A stretch of DNA of 64,000 nucleotides from Octopus sinensis (GCF_006345805.1 NC_042999.1:19468001-19532000), one strand, 5' to 3'; shown: positions 1 through 13,726, counted from the stretch's first letter. Made by a program: numbers and translations. The notes: a model not told the origin generated them from the letters alone.

Positions 1-729
1 CATGCTTCCTCTTCATGTAGGTGCTCATCAACCTCCTTCATCAGGGGAATAAGGAGAATCACAGGAGTCTTTGTGAGAGTCGAGTAGCAGGGTTATCCTG
101 CTCTGGTTTTTACTACAAGTCTTTAGCAGCATCAGGGATACGAATTTTGAAATTCTGCATTTAACATAAAACGCACATTTGTGAGTTCATTTCCAACCTA
201 ATGTTCCACAAAAAATAAACCATTTCTTTTTTTTTATTTTATCTTTTTTATTTTTTATTATTTTTATTTTTTTATTTTTTTACTAAAACAGAATCGCTGA
301 TTCGAACAATCTGAAAATTGTTACCATTTATTTACTGATACTGAATACTCTCTTTCCCTTCTCATTTATATTTTTCTCCCCCCCCCACCATCTTTTATTT
401 CCATTTTAACTTGCATCCATCCGTATTTTAGCATTTCTAATATGTGCAACCATAGCAATATTGTTCACATGTAATTGATATGCAACAGTCTATTTCTGTT
501 GTTGTTGTTGTTTTTTTTATCATTTCCCATTTTGTTCTGTTTATTCAGTGGCCATTCTCATAACATCAAGCTTTCTTTAATAACAACGTCTCTTTAATGT
601 TTTACCTTTTTATTTGACAGCATTGATCACCTATTACTTGATACGCAACATCATTTTCCTTCTACGCTCTGCAACAATCCTCTAAGCTCTCATCTATTTA
701 TAGCCACAAATTTAAGTATACGTGCTTTT

Positions 730-845
730 CTTATGTATTTATATATATATATATATATATGTATATATAATATATATATTTGTATTTATGTATATATATA
801 ATATATATATATGTATATATATGTATACATATATATATATAATAA

Positions 846-882
<37 letters not shown>

Positions 883-895
883 GTACATATACATA

Positions 896-931
<36 letters not shown>

Positions 932-991
932 TATATATATATATATATATACATAGAAAAGCATACATACATAGATACATATATATATGTA

Positions 992-1072
<81 letters not shown>

Positions 1073-1119
1073 ATATATATATACATACATACATATATAT
1101 TCTGTTATTTGTTTCAGTC

Positions 1120-1152
<33 letters not shown>

Positions 1153-1198
1153 GCATGCATATGTGTATGTGTGTGTGTGTATATAAGTAAATATTCAG

Positions 1199-1243
<45 letters not shown>

Positions 1244-1365
1244 CACACACACATATATATATATATGTAAACACACACATGCATACATAACGTGCACAAA
1301 CATATATACAAACATATAGATACTTACATACACACACACACACACACACACACACTTACACACAC
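730..1365. repeat. (TA)n/(CA)n compound microsatellite
   Basis: Direct inspection. Confidence 0.95.
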
Positions 1366-3569
1366 CATTCATAAATTCTGTTTTTTAGTTTCCCCCCAAT
1401 CATTTTTTAAAAATCCTTTTTATGCTCCTGTGTGTTTTACACTAATGCATTTTGCACACAAAACCACTTTAGCTATCATAATATAGCATCCATTTACTTG
1501 TGCAATAATTTTTATTTAAACTTCTAACAACTTAGGTGATGTGGCTGATGTTTCTCTCTCACAGTATATTTGGCAGATTCTTGCCGAAAAACTCAATTCT
1601 ACCCAATGATATACAACTGCGATTAACTAGAATCCTGAACAATAGGTGATTAAGTGATGAGTTATTAGTTTTGTCAGTAATTTGGCAAAAGCAAATTAAA
1701 TGACCGAGAGTTTGGAGATGATAATGCTGATACTGAAAATTCCTAATATGGACAAAGTATCACACTTTGTGACAGAGAAAAATGACGGTTGAATTGACAT
1801 TATCATTCCTGTAATGGACAAAAGCAAACGCTGACCCAGAGAAGATTTGTACTCAGAACATAACAGGGGAAGAATTAATTCTTTTGATATCAACCAGTTC
1901 AGTACCATCTCTAGTTCTCTCTACAGACTTCCTTTTTTAAAGTTATTTAATTTGAAAATATCCTATTAAAATTTTTTGCTAATTTATGTTAAGTTATGTT
2001 AAATTATGCTCTAAACTTCTGTTTTAATAACAGAGTTAGCTCGGTATGTTATCTTTTACCTTTTACTTGTTTCAGTCATTAGACTGTGGTCGACTTTGCC
2101 CGTTGTCCTTTCAGGGTCGATAAAATAAGTACCAGTTGAGTAATGGGGTCGTTATAATCAACTGACCCCCTCCTCAAAAGCTTCAGGACTTGTGCCTATA
2201 TTAAAAAGGATAATAAGTTTCAGATTTTTAAGGTTGTCAGTTGGCAGAATTCCTTGTGTTTTGGACAAAATGCTCAGCCATATTTCTTCCAGCACTTTAC
2301 CGGTTTCAAATTCTGCCACATTTGACTTTGCCTTTCTACCTTGTGGGGTCAATGAAATAAATTCCAGTAAAGTACTGGGTTTTCTTGTAACCAACTTCAC
2401 CCTCTTCAAAAATTCTGGCCTTGAACCAAAATCTAAAAGGATAATAAGTCAAACATTTTAATTAAATCATTAACAGTAACAATTTTTAGTCATCACCGTT
2501 TCTAATATTTTTTAGACTAAGAACTCTTCATCAGGTTGATATTAATATTAAACAAGGTGATCCTTTAAGAAAGCTTCATTAATTAATTTCTGTAATCAGT
2601 TGCATGTTGTTTAATAAACCTCCTTAAAACCATTAAAGATCATAGGCTCAACCCTTCATGGTGATAACAAGGATGGGACAAGAAAGAGGGCTGGATTACA
2701 AAGCACAAACCGATTCAGAGCATTATCTCTTTTCATTTGATGTGTCCTCCACTATCAGTTTCTTAGAAAGTTAATCATCGTGGTTGACAACAATTGTGGA
2801 CAATATCTTGTGACAAGCAAACTAGCCAACAAAGTGGATGTGCTTAATAGTAGTGAATACAACAAATGGGAATATTAAACCTATTAAAATTGCACCATTT
2901 TCTTGTACTAAATTCCCTACTAAGATGCAATGTGTCAAGTACGTTAATTCCCTAAAGTGCTTTTAATTAATGCATCCTATTAATCTTGAAACATTGCTTA
3001 TCAGAGCACCTAAATCCACTAAAGGAAATCCAATTATACTGACAATTTGCTTAACTACTATTGTTTAGCACTTAGAAATTGAATTTGATGAGGAATGATT
3101 AGAAGCACACACTTAGACAAATGAATTAAAGATGAGATAAAATTACCAAAGCAAATATTATTGCTATTTTTCACACTTAATATTAAGTTCCCTTCTTGCT
3201 GGCCATTTTACAGAAAGTTTTCTTCTGTCTCTGTTATTACTATGAAATAGCAGCTTGAAGTCATAGATTTTCCATTGAAAAATTTGACCAGATACATATA
3301 CTAAGTGATAAATTAGTAATAACACCGTAGAGTTTTTAAAGGTAAAAAGTAACTAAAAAAGGTTGTGAACACCAAAAAAAAAGCAGTGGGAGTGATTCTT
3401 CATTTAATGGAAGACAAAAAAGCTTTGCTTATGACAATTATTATTTTTTAGTTAGTCTAAGGAGGTGTGCAGACAGATCAGTTAGTACATTGGCAGAATA
3501 GTTAGTATATTGGACAAGTATATTGGAATCATAACAGCATAGGAAAACAGTGCATTATGTAATTTCTTT

Positions 3570-4428
3570 CAAGCACCAACTGATCATGGCCATTGCCAGC
3601 CTACCCTGGCACCTAAAAAGCACCATCCATACGTGGCCGATCCCAGTGCCGCCTTGACTGGCTTCCATGCTGGTGGTACATAAAAGGCACCAACCGATCG
3701 TGGCCATTGCCAGCCTCCCCTGGCACCTGTGCCAGTGACACCTAAAAAGCACCATCCATACGTGGCCGATGCCAGCGCCCCCTTGACTGGCTTCCATTGC
3801 GGTGGCATGTAAAAAGCACCAACCGATCGTGGGTGTTGCCAGCCTCCCCTGGCACGTAAAAAGCACCAACTGATCGTGGCCATTGCCAGCCTCCCCTGGC
3901 ACCTGTGCCAGTGGCACCTAAAAAGCACCATCCATACGTGGCCGATGCCAGCGCCCCCTTGACTGGCTTCCATTGCGGTGGCATGTAAAAAGCACCAACC
4001 GATCGTGGCTGTTGCCAGCCTCCCCTGGCACGTAAAAAGCACCAACCGATCATGGCCTTTGCCAGCCTCCTCTGGCACCTAAAAAGCACCATCCATACGT
4101 GGCCAACGCCAGCAGCCCCTTGACTGGCTTCCATTGCGGTGGCACGTAAAAAACACCAACCGATCGTGGCTGTTGCCAGCCTCCCCTGGCACGTAAAAAG
4201 CACCAACCAATCGTGGCCATTGCCATCCTCCCCTGGCACCTGTGCCAGTGGCACGTAAAAAGCACCCACTATACTCATGAGTGGTTGGCGTTAGGAAGGG
4301 CATCCAGCTGTAAAAACACTGCCAGATCAACTGGAGCCTGGTACAGCCTCCTGGCTTCTCAGACCCTGGTCGAACCATCCAACTAGCATGGAAAACGGAT
4401 GTTATACGATGAGGATGATGATGATGAT
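3570..4428 (+). mobile_element. RTE 3'UTR-derived copy with expanded internal tandem repeats
   Basis: Ends GGTTGGCGTTAGGAAGGGCATCCAGCTG...CTAGCATGGAAAACGGATGTTATACGATGAGGATGATG, matching the 3' end of the 42-kb RTE. Upstream lie ~12 variant units containing TAAAAAGCACCA. Confidence 0.8.
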
Positions 4429-5356
4429 CTTTACATTCTGAGTTCAAATTCCACTGAAGAAATTTCCCTTTATTCTTATGGGCTTTGTATATAATAAGTA
4501 TTAATCCAAAACTAGGATTGATGTAATTGATAAGCCCCCACCTGCTTCCTCTTAAAATTGCTGATCTTGTGCTAAAATTTGAAAAAACATTTTAGCTGCA
4601 TTTCTTCTGGTTTTCTATATTCTAGATTCAAATTTTTCCAAGAACAACTCTGTCTTTTAGCCTTTCCAAGGATGATAAAACAAGTATCAATCATGTGCTA
4701 GAATTAATGTACTTGACTTTTCTTCTCTACTCAAAAAATGCTTCTCTTTTGCCATAATTAGAAGGAATTATGGCAAAATAACGACAACAACTGAAGCTAA
4801 AATGAAGAAAACACCACATAGGCACAAGCATGGCAGTATGATTAAGAAGAGACCCACTTTGTAACCAGATGGTCTCAGGTTCGGTTCCATTGCATGTCAC
4901 CTTGAGCAAGTAGTGCTTTCTAATATAGCCCTGTTCAAGTAAAGCAAACTTCACGGGAAGTTTGCTTTACTTGAACAGGTTTACAAACAAAAGCATTTTC
5001 GTTGTGTCTTTCTTGAGATTTTTTAATGAGCACAATATTCGCCAGACTTCATCAGCAAATGTGACCTTCAATACTTAAGTTGATACAGTGTAATTTGAAG
5101 AAAATTTTGCTGTTATTTCTAGCAGAATAAACAACCACCTTTTATCTTATAAGTTTTTTTTGTTTCAGTTATTGGATTGTGGTCATGCTGGGGCAGCACC
5201 ACAAATGGTTTAGTGGAACGAATCAAACCCAATACTTATTTTTTAAGCTCATTATTTATTCTGTCAGTCTCTTTTGCTGCACCACTAAGTCACAGTAATG
5301 CAAACAAACCAAAGACAGTTGTCAAGCAGTGGAGATGCGCGATACATGTACATACA

Positions 5357-5524
5357 GGTGCAGGAGTGGCTGTGTGGTAAGAAGGTCGTTTGCCAACCAC
5401 ATGGTTCCGGGTTCAGTCCCACTGCATGGTACCTTTGGCAAGTGTCTTCTACCATAGCCTCAAGCCAAAGAAAGCTTTGTGAATGAATTTGGTAGACGGA
5501 AACTGAAAGAAGCCCATCGTATGT

Positions 5525-5569
<45 letters not shown>

Positions 5570-5950
5570 CGCACGAGTGGCTGTGTGGTAAGTAGTTTGC
5601 TTACCAGCCACATGGTTCCGGGTTCAGTCCCACTGTGTGGCACCTTGGGCAAGTGTCTTCTACTATAGCCTCGGGCCAACCAAAGCCTTGTGATGGATTT
5701 GGTAGACGGAAACTGAAAGAAGCCTGCCGTATATATATGTATATGTGTTTGTGTGTGTGTGTGTGTATATAGTGTGTACATGTTTCTGTGTCTGTGTTTG
5801 TCTCGCACCATCAATTGATAACCGATGCTGGTATGTTTATGTCCTCGTAACGTAACAGTTTGGCAAAAGAAACCAATAGAATAAGTACTAGGTTTACAAA
5901 GAATAAGTCCTGAGGTTGATTTGTTCACTGAAACAAATAAAAGAACAACT
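5357..5950 (+). mobile_element. Two tandem tRNA-derived CORE-like SINEs (family A: head-only 5357-5520, full 5568-5950)
   Basis: GG(C/T)GCA.GAGTGGCTGTGTGGTAAG...GGTTCAGTCCC (A/B boxes); CACCTTGGGCAAGTGTCTT resembles the CORE domain; internal (TA/TG)n linker. Confidence 0.8.
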
Positions 5951-6141
5951 AAAGAAACGTCGCACTGTAAAAGATTATTTGTTTCACTCACAATATTGAA
6001 ATTATTTGGATTTTATCACATTTCTAGGTAATTTGACATCAGGAACATGTCACGGACCCATGAAAACATAAGGGTTACTTGTAGGATGCTTGTGAATGCA
6101 TCTTTATGAAACGTATGATGCACATGCAAAACGCTGACTCA

Positions 6142-6534
6142 TCTTTATATATAAAAGAGAGGTTGTGTGCTGTCTGTCTCTTACGATTTAGATTCCTAAC
6201 TACTCCCACATTTTGCGGTGCAGTTTAACCAAAACCGGGTATCTTATAGTCGTGATTCAATACCCTTCTGGGTATTAGCGCACGTCTACGATGAGCCTAC
6301 GATTTAAAAAAAAAATTACCATCAATTTTTCCCATTTTTAATGCATTTTTGGCATATATATAAGGGAAGTAACTCTCTAAAAATATATTATTAAATCTCA
6401 GAACGTAAAAAGCTACAATAACACCCCCCTTTGTGGTTAGCCATATTGAGATGGCTATTATACTTTACATCTCTAAAAATGCTTATATAGTTATTTCCCT
6501 TACAAACCCGAGCAACGCCGGGCAATACTGCTAG
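6142..6534 (+). mobile_element. Non-autonomous Helitron
   Basis: 5' TCTTTATATATAAA; 3' hairpin CCCGAGCAACGCCGGG then CTAG; inserted between A and T. Confidence 0.82.
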
Positions 6535-6789
6535 TTGAGTATAAAAGGCACCCAAATTGGTCAGCCCAGGGCTATATTGGAAAGCACTACTCGCCCAAGG
6601 TGACAAGCAATAGAACTGAACCTGAGACCATCTGATTACAAAGTGGGTTTCTTCTTAACCATTCCACTATTCCTGTGCTTATGTAGTGTTTTCTTTATTT
6701 TAGCTTCAGTTGTCATTGTTGTTGATGTTAGCTTCCCCTTCAGTCCTAATCAAAAAGACCCAGGATCAAAGGTATTAAGGCCATAATCT

Positions 6790-7540
6790 TCTCATCTCTC
6801 TGCTTCTTCTTCTTCTTCTTCTTTTTCTCTTTCCTCTTCTTTTTCTCCTTATTTTTCTCTCCTCCTTCTTCCTCTACTCCTCTCCCTCCTCCTCTTCCTT
6901 CCCCTCAATCTCTTCCTCCTCCTCATCCTTCTCCTTTCCTCTTCCTTCATTTTCTTCTCCTCCTCCACCTCTTCCTCCTCCTCTTCTCCTCCACTTTCTT
7001 CTTTTCCTCATCTTCCTTCCCCTCATTCTCTTCCTCCTCCTCATCCTTCTCCTTTCCACTTCCTTCATTTTCTTCTCCTCCTTCTCCTCCACTTTCTTCT
7101 TTTCCCCATCTTCCTCCCCCTCCTCCTTCTCCTTTCCACTTCCTTCATTTTCTTCTCCTCCTCCACCTCTTCCTCCTCCTCTTCTCCTTCTTCTCCACTT
7201 TCTTCTTTTCCTCATCTTCCTCCTCCTCATCCTTCTCCTTTCCTCTTCCTTCATTTTCTTCTCCTCCTCCACCTCTCCCTCCTCTTCTTCTCCTCCACTT
7301 TCTTCTTTTACTCATCTTCCTCCTTCACTGCCTCCTGTTTCTTTTTCTCCTCCTTTTCCCCTCTTTCTCACCCGTTTCCCCTCTTTCTCCTCCACCTCCA
7401 CCTCCACATCTTTCTTCTTCTCCTTCTTCTAGTTATTTTCCTTCTTGTTGTTGTTGCTCTTCTTCTTCCTCCCCTTTCTTTCTTCTTCTTCTTCCTCTTC
7501 TTCTTCTTTTTCTCCTCCTCCTCCTCTCCTTCCTCCTCCA
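6790..7540. repeat. Polypyrimidine (CTT/CCT)n tract with higher-order ~100-bp repeats
   Basis: Almost all C/T; CCTCATCCTTCTCCTTTCC.CTTCCTTCATTTTCTTCTCCTCC recurs. Confidence 0.9.
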
Positions 7541-8015
7541 GGCAGTGGGACTACATCAGCCAATATATCCTTCATGTTTTACTCTGTGATGATAATAGAT
7601 AAGATAAGGTGAAAAATCTGTCATAAAAGAAGCAAAAGGAGGAATACATAAAAAAAAAAAAGTAGAAAAGGAACAACAATCAGCTGCCGAAAATGGGAAA
7701 ACGTTGCACTAACATTCTCCCCTTATTAAGCACCCACGTTCTGAATTTAAATAGGGTTTGCACTTACTTCATCTTTCATTTCAAAAGAATCAAATAACAT
7801 AATATAATGTGATTGATTTTATCATCTATTCTGACTTTTAGTAATCTTGACCGGCGTTGAATTTCAGCAAAAGCAATGCTTATTGAGAGGAGATTGAATT
7901 TATAGAAATATTAGGACACTATGTGATACAAGGATGGCCAAAAGTTACCCGACAGTAAATCAAAATTCCATAAATACTTAATATTCAATTTTATTTATTC
8001 ATTTTAAATTGTGAA

Positions 8016-8243
8016 TGTTCCAGGTTCAGTCCCACTGTGTGGTACCTTGGGCAAGTGTCTTCTATTATAGCCTCAGGTTGACCAAAGCCTTGTGAGTAGA
8101 TTTGGTAGAGAGAAACTGAAAGAAGCCTGTTTGCAAGGATGATCCGGTTCTTGACTGAAGATTGAAGGCTTCGAATGACCCATCCGTGTTTTTTGCATCG
8201 TTTCCTGAATGTTTTGCGTTCTTGTCTCATTTTGTATTTTTAC

Positions 8244-8333
<90 letters not shown>

Positions 8334-8549
8334 ATATGTTTGTGTGTCTGTGTTTGTCACTACTAACATCGCTTGACAACCGATGCTGGTGTGTTTACAT
8401 CCCTGTAACTTAGCTGTTCGGCAAAAGAAACCGATAGAATAACTACTAGGCTTACAAAGAATAAGCCCTAGGGTTGATTTGCTTGACTAAAGGTGGTGCT
8501 TCAGCATGGCCACAGTCAAATAACTGAAATAAATAAAAGAGTAAAAGAG
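8016..8549 (+). mobile_element. Family A SINE with ~110-bp insertion
   Basis: Family A head and tail (…CAGCATGGCCACAGTCAAA..AAAAGAG). Confidence 0.75.
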
Positions 8550-9602
8550 TTTGATAATTAAATGCTGTGAGTTAAAAGTCACCATTTCCCCCAACATTTG
8601 TCTATTTATTAAGGAAGTCTCATATAAAGTAAATTTTTGTTTTAATCTTGGAATTGAATGGTTTTGATCTATTGTCAGGTGACTTTTGGCCAACCTTTTC
8701 TCCCAGCATTCACTATTTTCCTCTCGTTCTGGCCTAATGACCCGCCATGTTTGTTTTCATTCTGTTTCTTGTATGTCTCTACTGTCATTTTTTTTGTTCC
8801 CAGATTTAACCCTCCATAAATCCTAAATTTTATTTTGGAATTTATGGGAACAACTCCCTTTGAAGACTCATATTGTCAGTGAATGCTCGAAATGAGGAGT
8901 TGATAGACACCCAACAACTGATGACATGTCCCTTCTCTGTGTTAACTTCTCCTGTTTTCCATTTTTTTCGTTGTTTACCTAACAACAAGGTGCTTTGAGA
9001 CAACATTATCTAATCAATTTTATTTTTCTTTCAAGACAATATACAAATAAATATGGAAAATTGCATCTTTTAACATAGACAGTATTAATTAAGATTGTGA
9101 TGTCTTAATATATTAACGAATCTCTGTTCTTGCGGTTATGTTTCCCATCAGTCCTAATCAATGAGATTTACAATGAAAGAGCTTTCATATTATGGCCAGC
9201 TCTCCTTGTTTTCAGACTGTGTTCACTTAAGCCAACATTATCTAATCTATTTATTTTTTCTTTTAAGACAATAGTGTGTAATTTCTTTAAAATTCTGATG
9301 CTATTTCCTGCTGTTTGAATGACTCCTTAGAAGATTCCCTGCTCCCTCATTAATTTGGAGATAATAGATGAAAATTGCTGATGATTGAGAATTAAGTAAT
9401 AACCAGGAACCTTAAAATAGTAAAGATGTCGAAATAATTGTTAGTGTTATTTAACCCCAAGCTAAATTTTGCACGTATTTTGCTATCCTGCCATTTTAAT
9501 GGTGTGTAGCTAGACATTATCTAATGATACTTGGGCAAGCATTTCCTACTATCATTCTAAGCTAACAAAAGCTGTGTGTAACAGAAAGAAACCAACATAT
9601 AT

Positions 9603-9657
<55 letters not shown>

Positions 9658-9753
9658 AGATATATAGATATATATATAGATGGATAGATAGATAGATACA
9701 TTCATATATTTGTTTTGCAAGATTTTTTATGTGAAATCGTGTGTTGAAACAGA

Positions 9754-10024
9754 TATTGTTGTATTTAGGAATGGTCATTTTGCTAGTTTAGCCAATAAAA
9801 TCACGCGCACTATATATGTGGTGTTACTTTGCTTCAGCATTATTTATTTTTCTCATTAATCTTGATCTTATTTCGACCAGAGTGTGACGAAAGAACTCTG
9901 GCCAAAATAAGATTAAGATTAATGTGAAAAATAGATAACGCTGAAGCAAAGTAACACCAAATATATAGTGCGTGTGTTTTTATTGGCTAAACTGGCAAAA
10001 TGACCATTCCTAAATACAACAATA
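9754..10024. mobile_element. Fold-back MITE-like element
   Basis: ~130-bp imperfect arms around an 11-nt loop (9884-9894); TA at both ends. Confidence 0.78.
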
Positions 10025-10284
10025 GGATAGACAGATAGATAGATAGATAGATAGATAAGTTTCTTTATTGGCCACACAGGGCTGCACACAGATGGAACAA
10101 GTTACATGGTAGAGCTTTTCTTTTGGGGGATGAAAAAAAGGGGCTGGCGTAGGTTTTCGATCAAGAGGGATCGTAAAAGGGAAGAAAAGAACAAAAAAAA
10201 GAAGAAAATAAAAAAAAAATAGAATAAAAAATAAAAAGAATAAAAGAAAAAAAAAAGAAAGGGAAAGGAACAAAAGAAAAGAGA

Positions 10285-10405
<121 letters not shown>

Positions 10406-10410
10406 AAAAT

Positions 10411-10767
10411 GGAGTTAAATGCAGGTGCTATTCAAATTATTTTTCTTCCTACATATGTTTCAAAGACAACATTGGTAATATTCTAGAAGGAATAAAATGG
10501 TGTAAAACAATGCAACCTTCTCATCAGGGAAAGAAAGTAACCATCAATAAGACACTTTAACAGAATGTGATGACTGTGTCCCTTCATCATTATGTGGCGT
10601 CATCACATTCTCTTAAAATGTCTTATTGTTGTATTTGGTTTCTTTCTTACCTTGATGAGAAGATTGCATTGTTTTACACCATTTTATTCCTTCTGGAATA
10701 ATACCAATGTTGTCTTCAAACATATGTCGGAAATAAAAGAATTTGAATAACACCTGTGTTTAACTCC
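10411..10767. mobile_element. Fold-back MITE-like element
   Basis: ~165-bp imperfect arms (GGAGTTAAA.../...TTTAACTCC) around a ~24-nt loop. Confidence 0.78.
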
Positions 10768-10975
10768 CTTTTTTTTATTTATCTTTATCATACAAAACAT
10801 TTCACCTTTACCCGAAGTTTCTACCTTTATAAACAGATTTGTTATATCCTTGTTACTTGTGTGAATTTTTGATACTCTGGTAACTGTTTATTTATTTTTT
10901 CCAGTCTGATTCACAACTTAAATTCATTTTAGAGTGTGCTTCTTTTCAGATCTATGGGCAACTGACTTATATATC

Positions 10976-11115
10976 ATCATCATCATTATCATAATCATCC
11001 TTTAACGTCTGTTTTCCATGCTAGCATGGGTTGGATGGCTTGACCAGGGCTGGCAAGATGGAGAGATGCACAAAGATCCAGTCAGATTTGACTTGGTTTC
11101 TATGGCAGGTTTCAC
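10976..11115 (-). mobile_element. RTE 3' end fragment
   Basis: (CAT)n then TTTAACGTCTGTTTTCCATGCTAGCATGGGTTGG. Confidence 0.7.
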
Positions 11116-12140
11116 CTCCTAATGCTCAATATTTACTCATGCTCCCCATCATTCACTTAAAATAATACATGCTCCCCATCATTCACTTAAAATAATACAT
11201 TTTAGTTTTTTTAAACCGTTAATGGTTTGACATTTATTTATTATTCGCAATTGTTTCGACGCAACGTAGTTCTCCAAGAATACAGGTATTTGATTATGCA
11301 ACTGTTTGTTTGTGTACTTATATCTACCTGTATAACGGGCTTAATAGAATTATCATAATATAAGTGGTGTCTTTCATTCCAATCTTCCATATAAACATGT
11401 CCAAAAATTTATCTACGACAGTAAATGTGCTGAGGGAGATTTTGACTAATACCTCCAGCACATTGCATAACCATATGTAGGTTCCTTCATTGGCTTGGTA
11501 TCATCTTGGGAATGTCGTCAGCTGTGTAATGTTGACAAAACTGTAATTAGTAAAAAAAATTAACAAAACAATAATATTATGATCAAATTCAAAATCCAGG
11601 AAGGCATTTTTATTAGTGGACAAATCTTCAGCAATCAACTTGAGTAAACATTTCCTTCAGGAAGATTTATGCAATTAATATCATATGAAACAACTTCACA
11701 GCTTAAATCAATTTAATATGCTTTAATTAAATATGCTCTAATTAAATATGTTTTAATGTAATGAATTTAATTTAATGCTGTATTACAACTGAATGCATAT
11801 TAAATGTTAAAAGAGAAATGCTGAACACCTAGGTTTAGTTGTACGTTCTCAAGACTCTGACAAACTGATTTGCTGCCGTTGCGTCTGTTTTTTTATTTCT
11901 GAGCAACAGTCTTTCATTAGCAATGATTGTTTATTAGCAATAGTCATAAGAAAGAAACGAATCTCATAAAATAAACTTCCATTCTCTCCTACACCCTTTC
12001 TTTCTCCTCCTATGTCTGGCCGAGTAGAAATGTTACCAGACAGGGCGAGATGCTTAGCAGTAGTTCATCCATCTTTTCATTCAGAGTTCAGACTCTACTA
12101 AGGTTGATTTTGCCTTTCCCCCTTTCAAGCTTGATAATAA

Positions 12141-12553
12141 GGCAGCGAGCTGGCAGAATTGCTAGCACACCAGGTGAAATGCTTAGTGGTATTTTGTCTG
12201 CTGCTACGTTCTGAGTTCAAATTCCACCAAGGTAGTTGCTATGCCTTTTATCCTTTCAGGGTCGATTAAATAAGTACCAGTTATACACTGGGGTCGATGT
12301 AATCGACTTAGTCCATCTGTCTGTCCTTGTTTGTCCCCTCTGTGTTTAGCCCCTTGTGGGTAGTAAAGAAATAGGCATTACATCTGCTGCTATGTTCTGA
12401 GTTCAAATTCCACCGAGGTCGACTTTGCCTTTCATCCTTTCAGGGTCGATTAACTAAGTACCAGTTATGCACTGGGGTCGATGTAATCGACTTAGTCCCT
12501 TTGTCTGTCATTGTTTGTCCCCTCTATGTTTAGCCCCTTGTGGGCAATAAAGA
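12141..12553 (+). mobile_element. Family B SINE dimer (full + 5'-truncated)
   Basis: GAGCTGGCAGAA...GAGTTCAAATTCC..GGTCGACTTTGCCTTTCATCCTTTC.GGGTCGAT..TAAGTACCAG (Meta-domain-like, as recalled)...TTTAGCCCCTTGTGGG. Confidence 0.78.
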
Positions 12554-13059
12554 ATTTTAAAAAATAGGTACCAGTTAAGTACTGGGGTCAATGTAATTGA
12601 CTTGACTACTCCTGGGAAAGAATACACAACTGCACCCTGTTTCCAACCCATGTTGAGCCAGTATGGCAGAGTATGATTTCAGTGGAGAATGTCCTGAGAC
12701 TTTCTTCCAGCAGTGCACTGAACATAGGTTATCCTATTCAATCCATCAATTCTTGTCAAACCTCAGGCTGACTCAAAGACGTTCCAACCATAACCTTCTT
12801 GTCTATGTATATATCCAGGTACTGCAATAACTAAATAGAAAGGGTACAAAAAATGCAAGATGAATTTAAATTGTGATAACTCTTTCTAATTTTAGCACAA
12901 GATCAGTAATTTTGAAGGAGGTGGGTAAGTCAATTTCATCGACCCCAGTATATGACTGGTACTTAATTTATCAACCCTGAAAGGAAAAAAAGCAAAGTCA
13001 ACCTCAGCAACATTTGAACTCAGATTGTAATGAAACATAAATGCACCCTGTGACTAGTG

Positions 13060-13177
13060 TGTGTGTGTGTGTGTGTGTGTGCATGCTTGTGTTTACATAT
13101 ATCTATCTACTGATCGATCTATCAATCTATCTACCTATATATATATATATATATACACACACTCATGTATATATATG

Positions 13178-13208
<31 letters not shown>

Positions 13209-13240
13209 TCACACATACATATATAGATACACACATGTAT

Positions 13241-13280
<40 letters not shown>

Positions 13281-13320
13281 CACACATACATACATACATG
13301 CATAAATACATACATACATG

Positions 13321-13351
<31 letters not shown>

Positions 13352-13405
13352 ATATACATTCATACATACATACATATATACATATATATATACACACATA
13401 CATAT

Positions 13406-13466
<61 letters not shown>

Positions 13467-13545
13467 TATATATACACATACATATATACACATGCATGTT
13501 TATACATACATACATACATACACACACGCATATATATATATTATG
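13060..13545. repeat. Compound TA/TG/CATA microsatellite
   Basis: Direct inspection. Confidence 0.9.
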
Positions 13546-13726
13546 GATTGACAGGGGTTTTCCAAATGTATACATTGCTTAATACCTAAACACACAAGTA
13601 GTACATTTTACACATGATGTATTACTTAGATAAGCTCACTGTATTTCTAAAGTGTACTAAGCGTATTTACACTGTTTCATTAGTTATTGCTAATCTCAGC
13701 CAAACCAAATCTATTGACATTTGGGC

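Noticed and set aside
1696-1922. Minus-strand 70-75-codon ORF behind a plausible acceptor
   Set aside because: No motif or linked exons, and the length is within chance expectation.
3555-4447. Overlapping GC-rich ORFs of 120-180 aa
   Set aside because: They are translations of the RTE 3'UTR tandem repeats in all frames.
6874-7272. Acidic/basic E-K-R-G ORF
   Set aside because: Translation of the polypurine strand of a low-complexity tract.
8140-8190. CTGAAGA..TTCGAAT hammerhead-like string in a SINE insertion
   Set aside because: GAAA is absent and stems I and III are unsupported.
11138-11200. Exact 30-bp tandem duplication
   Set aside because: An ordinary slippage event with no further structure.
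11328-11540. Possible 213-nt minus-strand exon (good acceptor, CAG|GTAGAT donor) with one in-frame TGA that editing could convert to TGG
   Set aside because: No recognisable protein, and frames like this arise by chance in 64 kb. It needs RNA-seq support.
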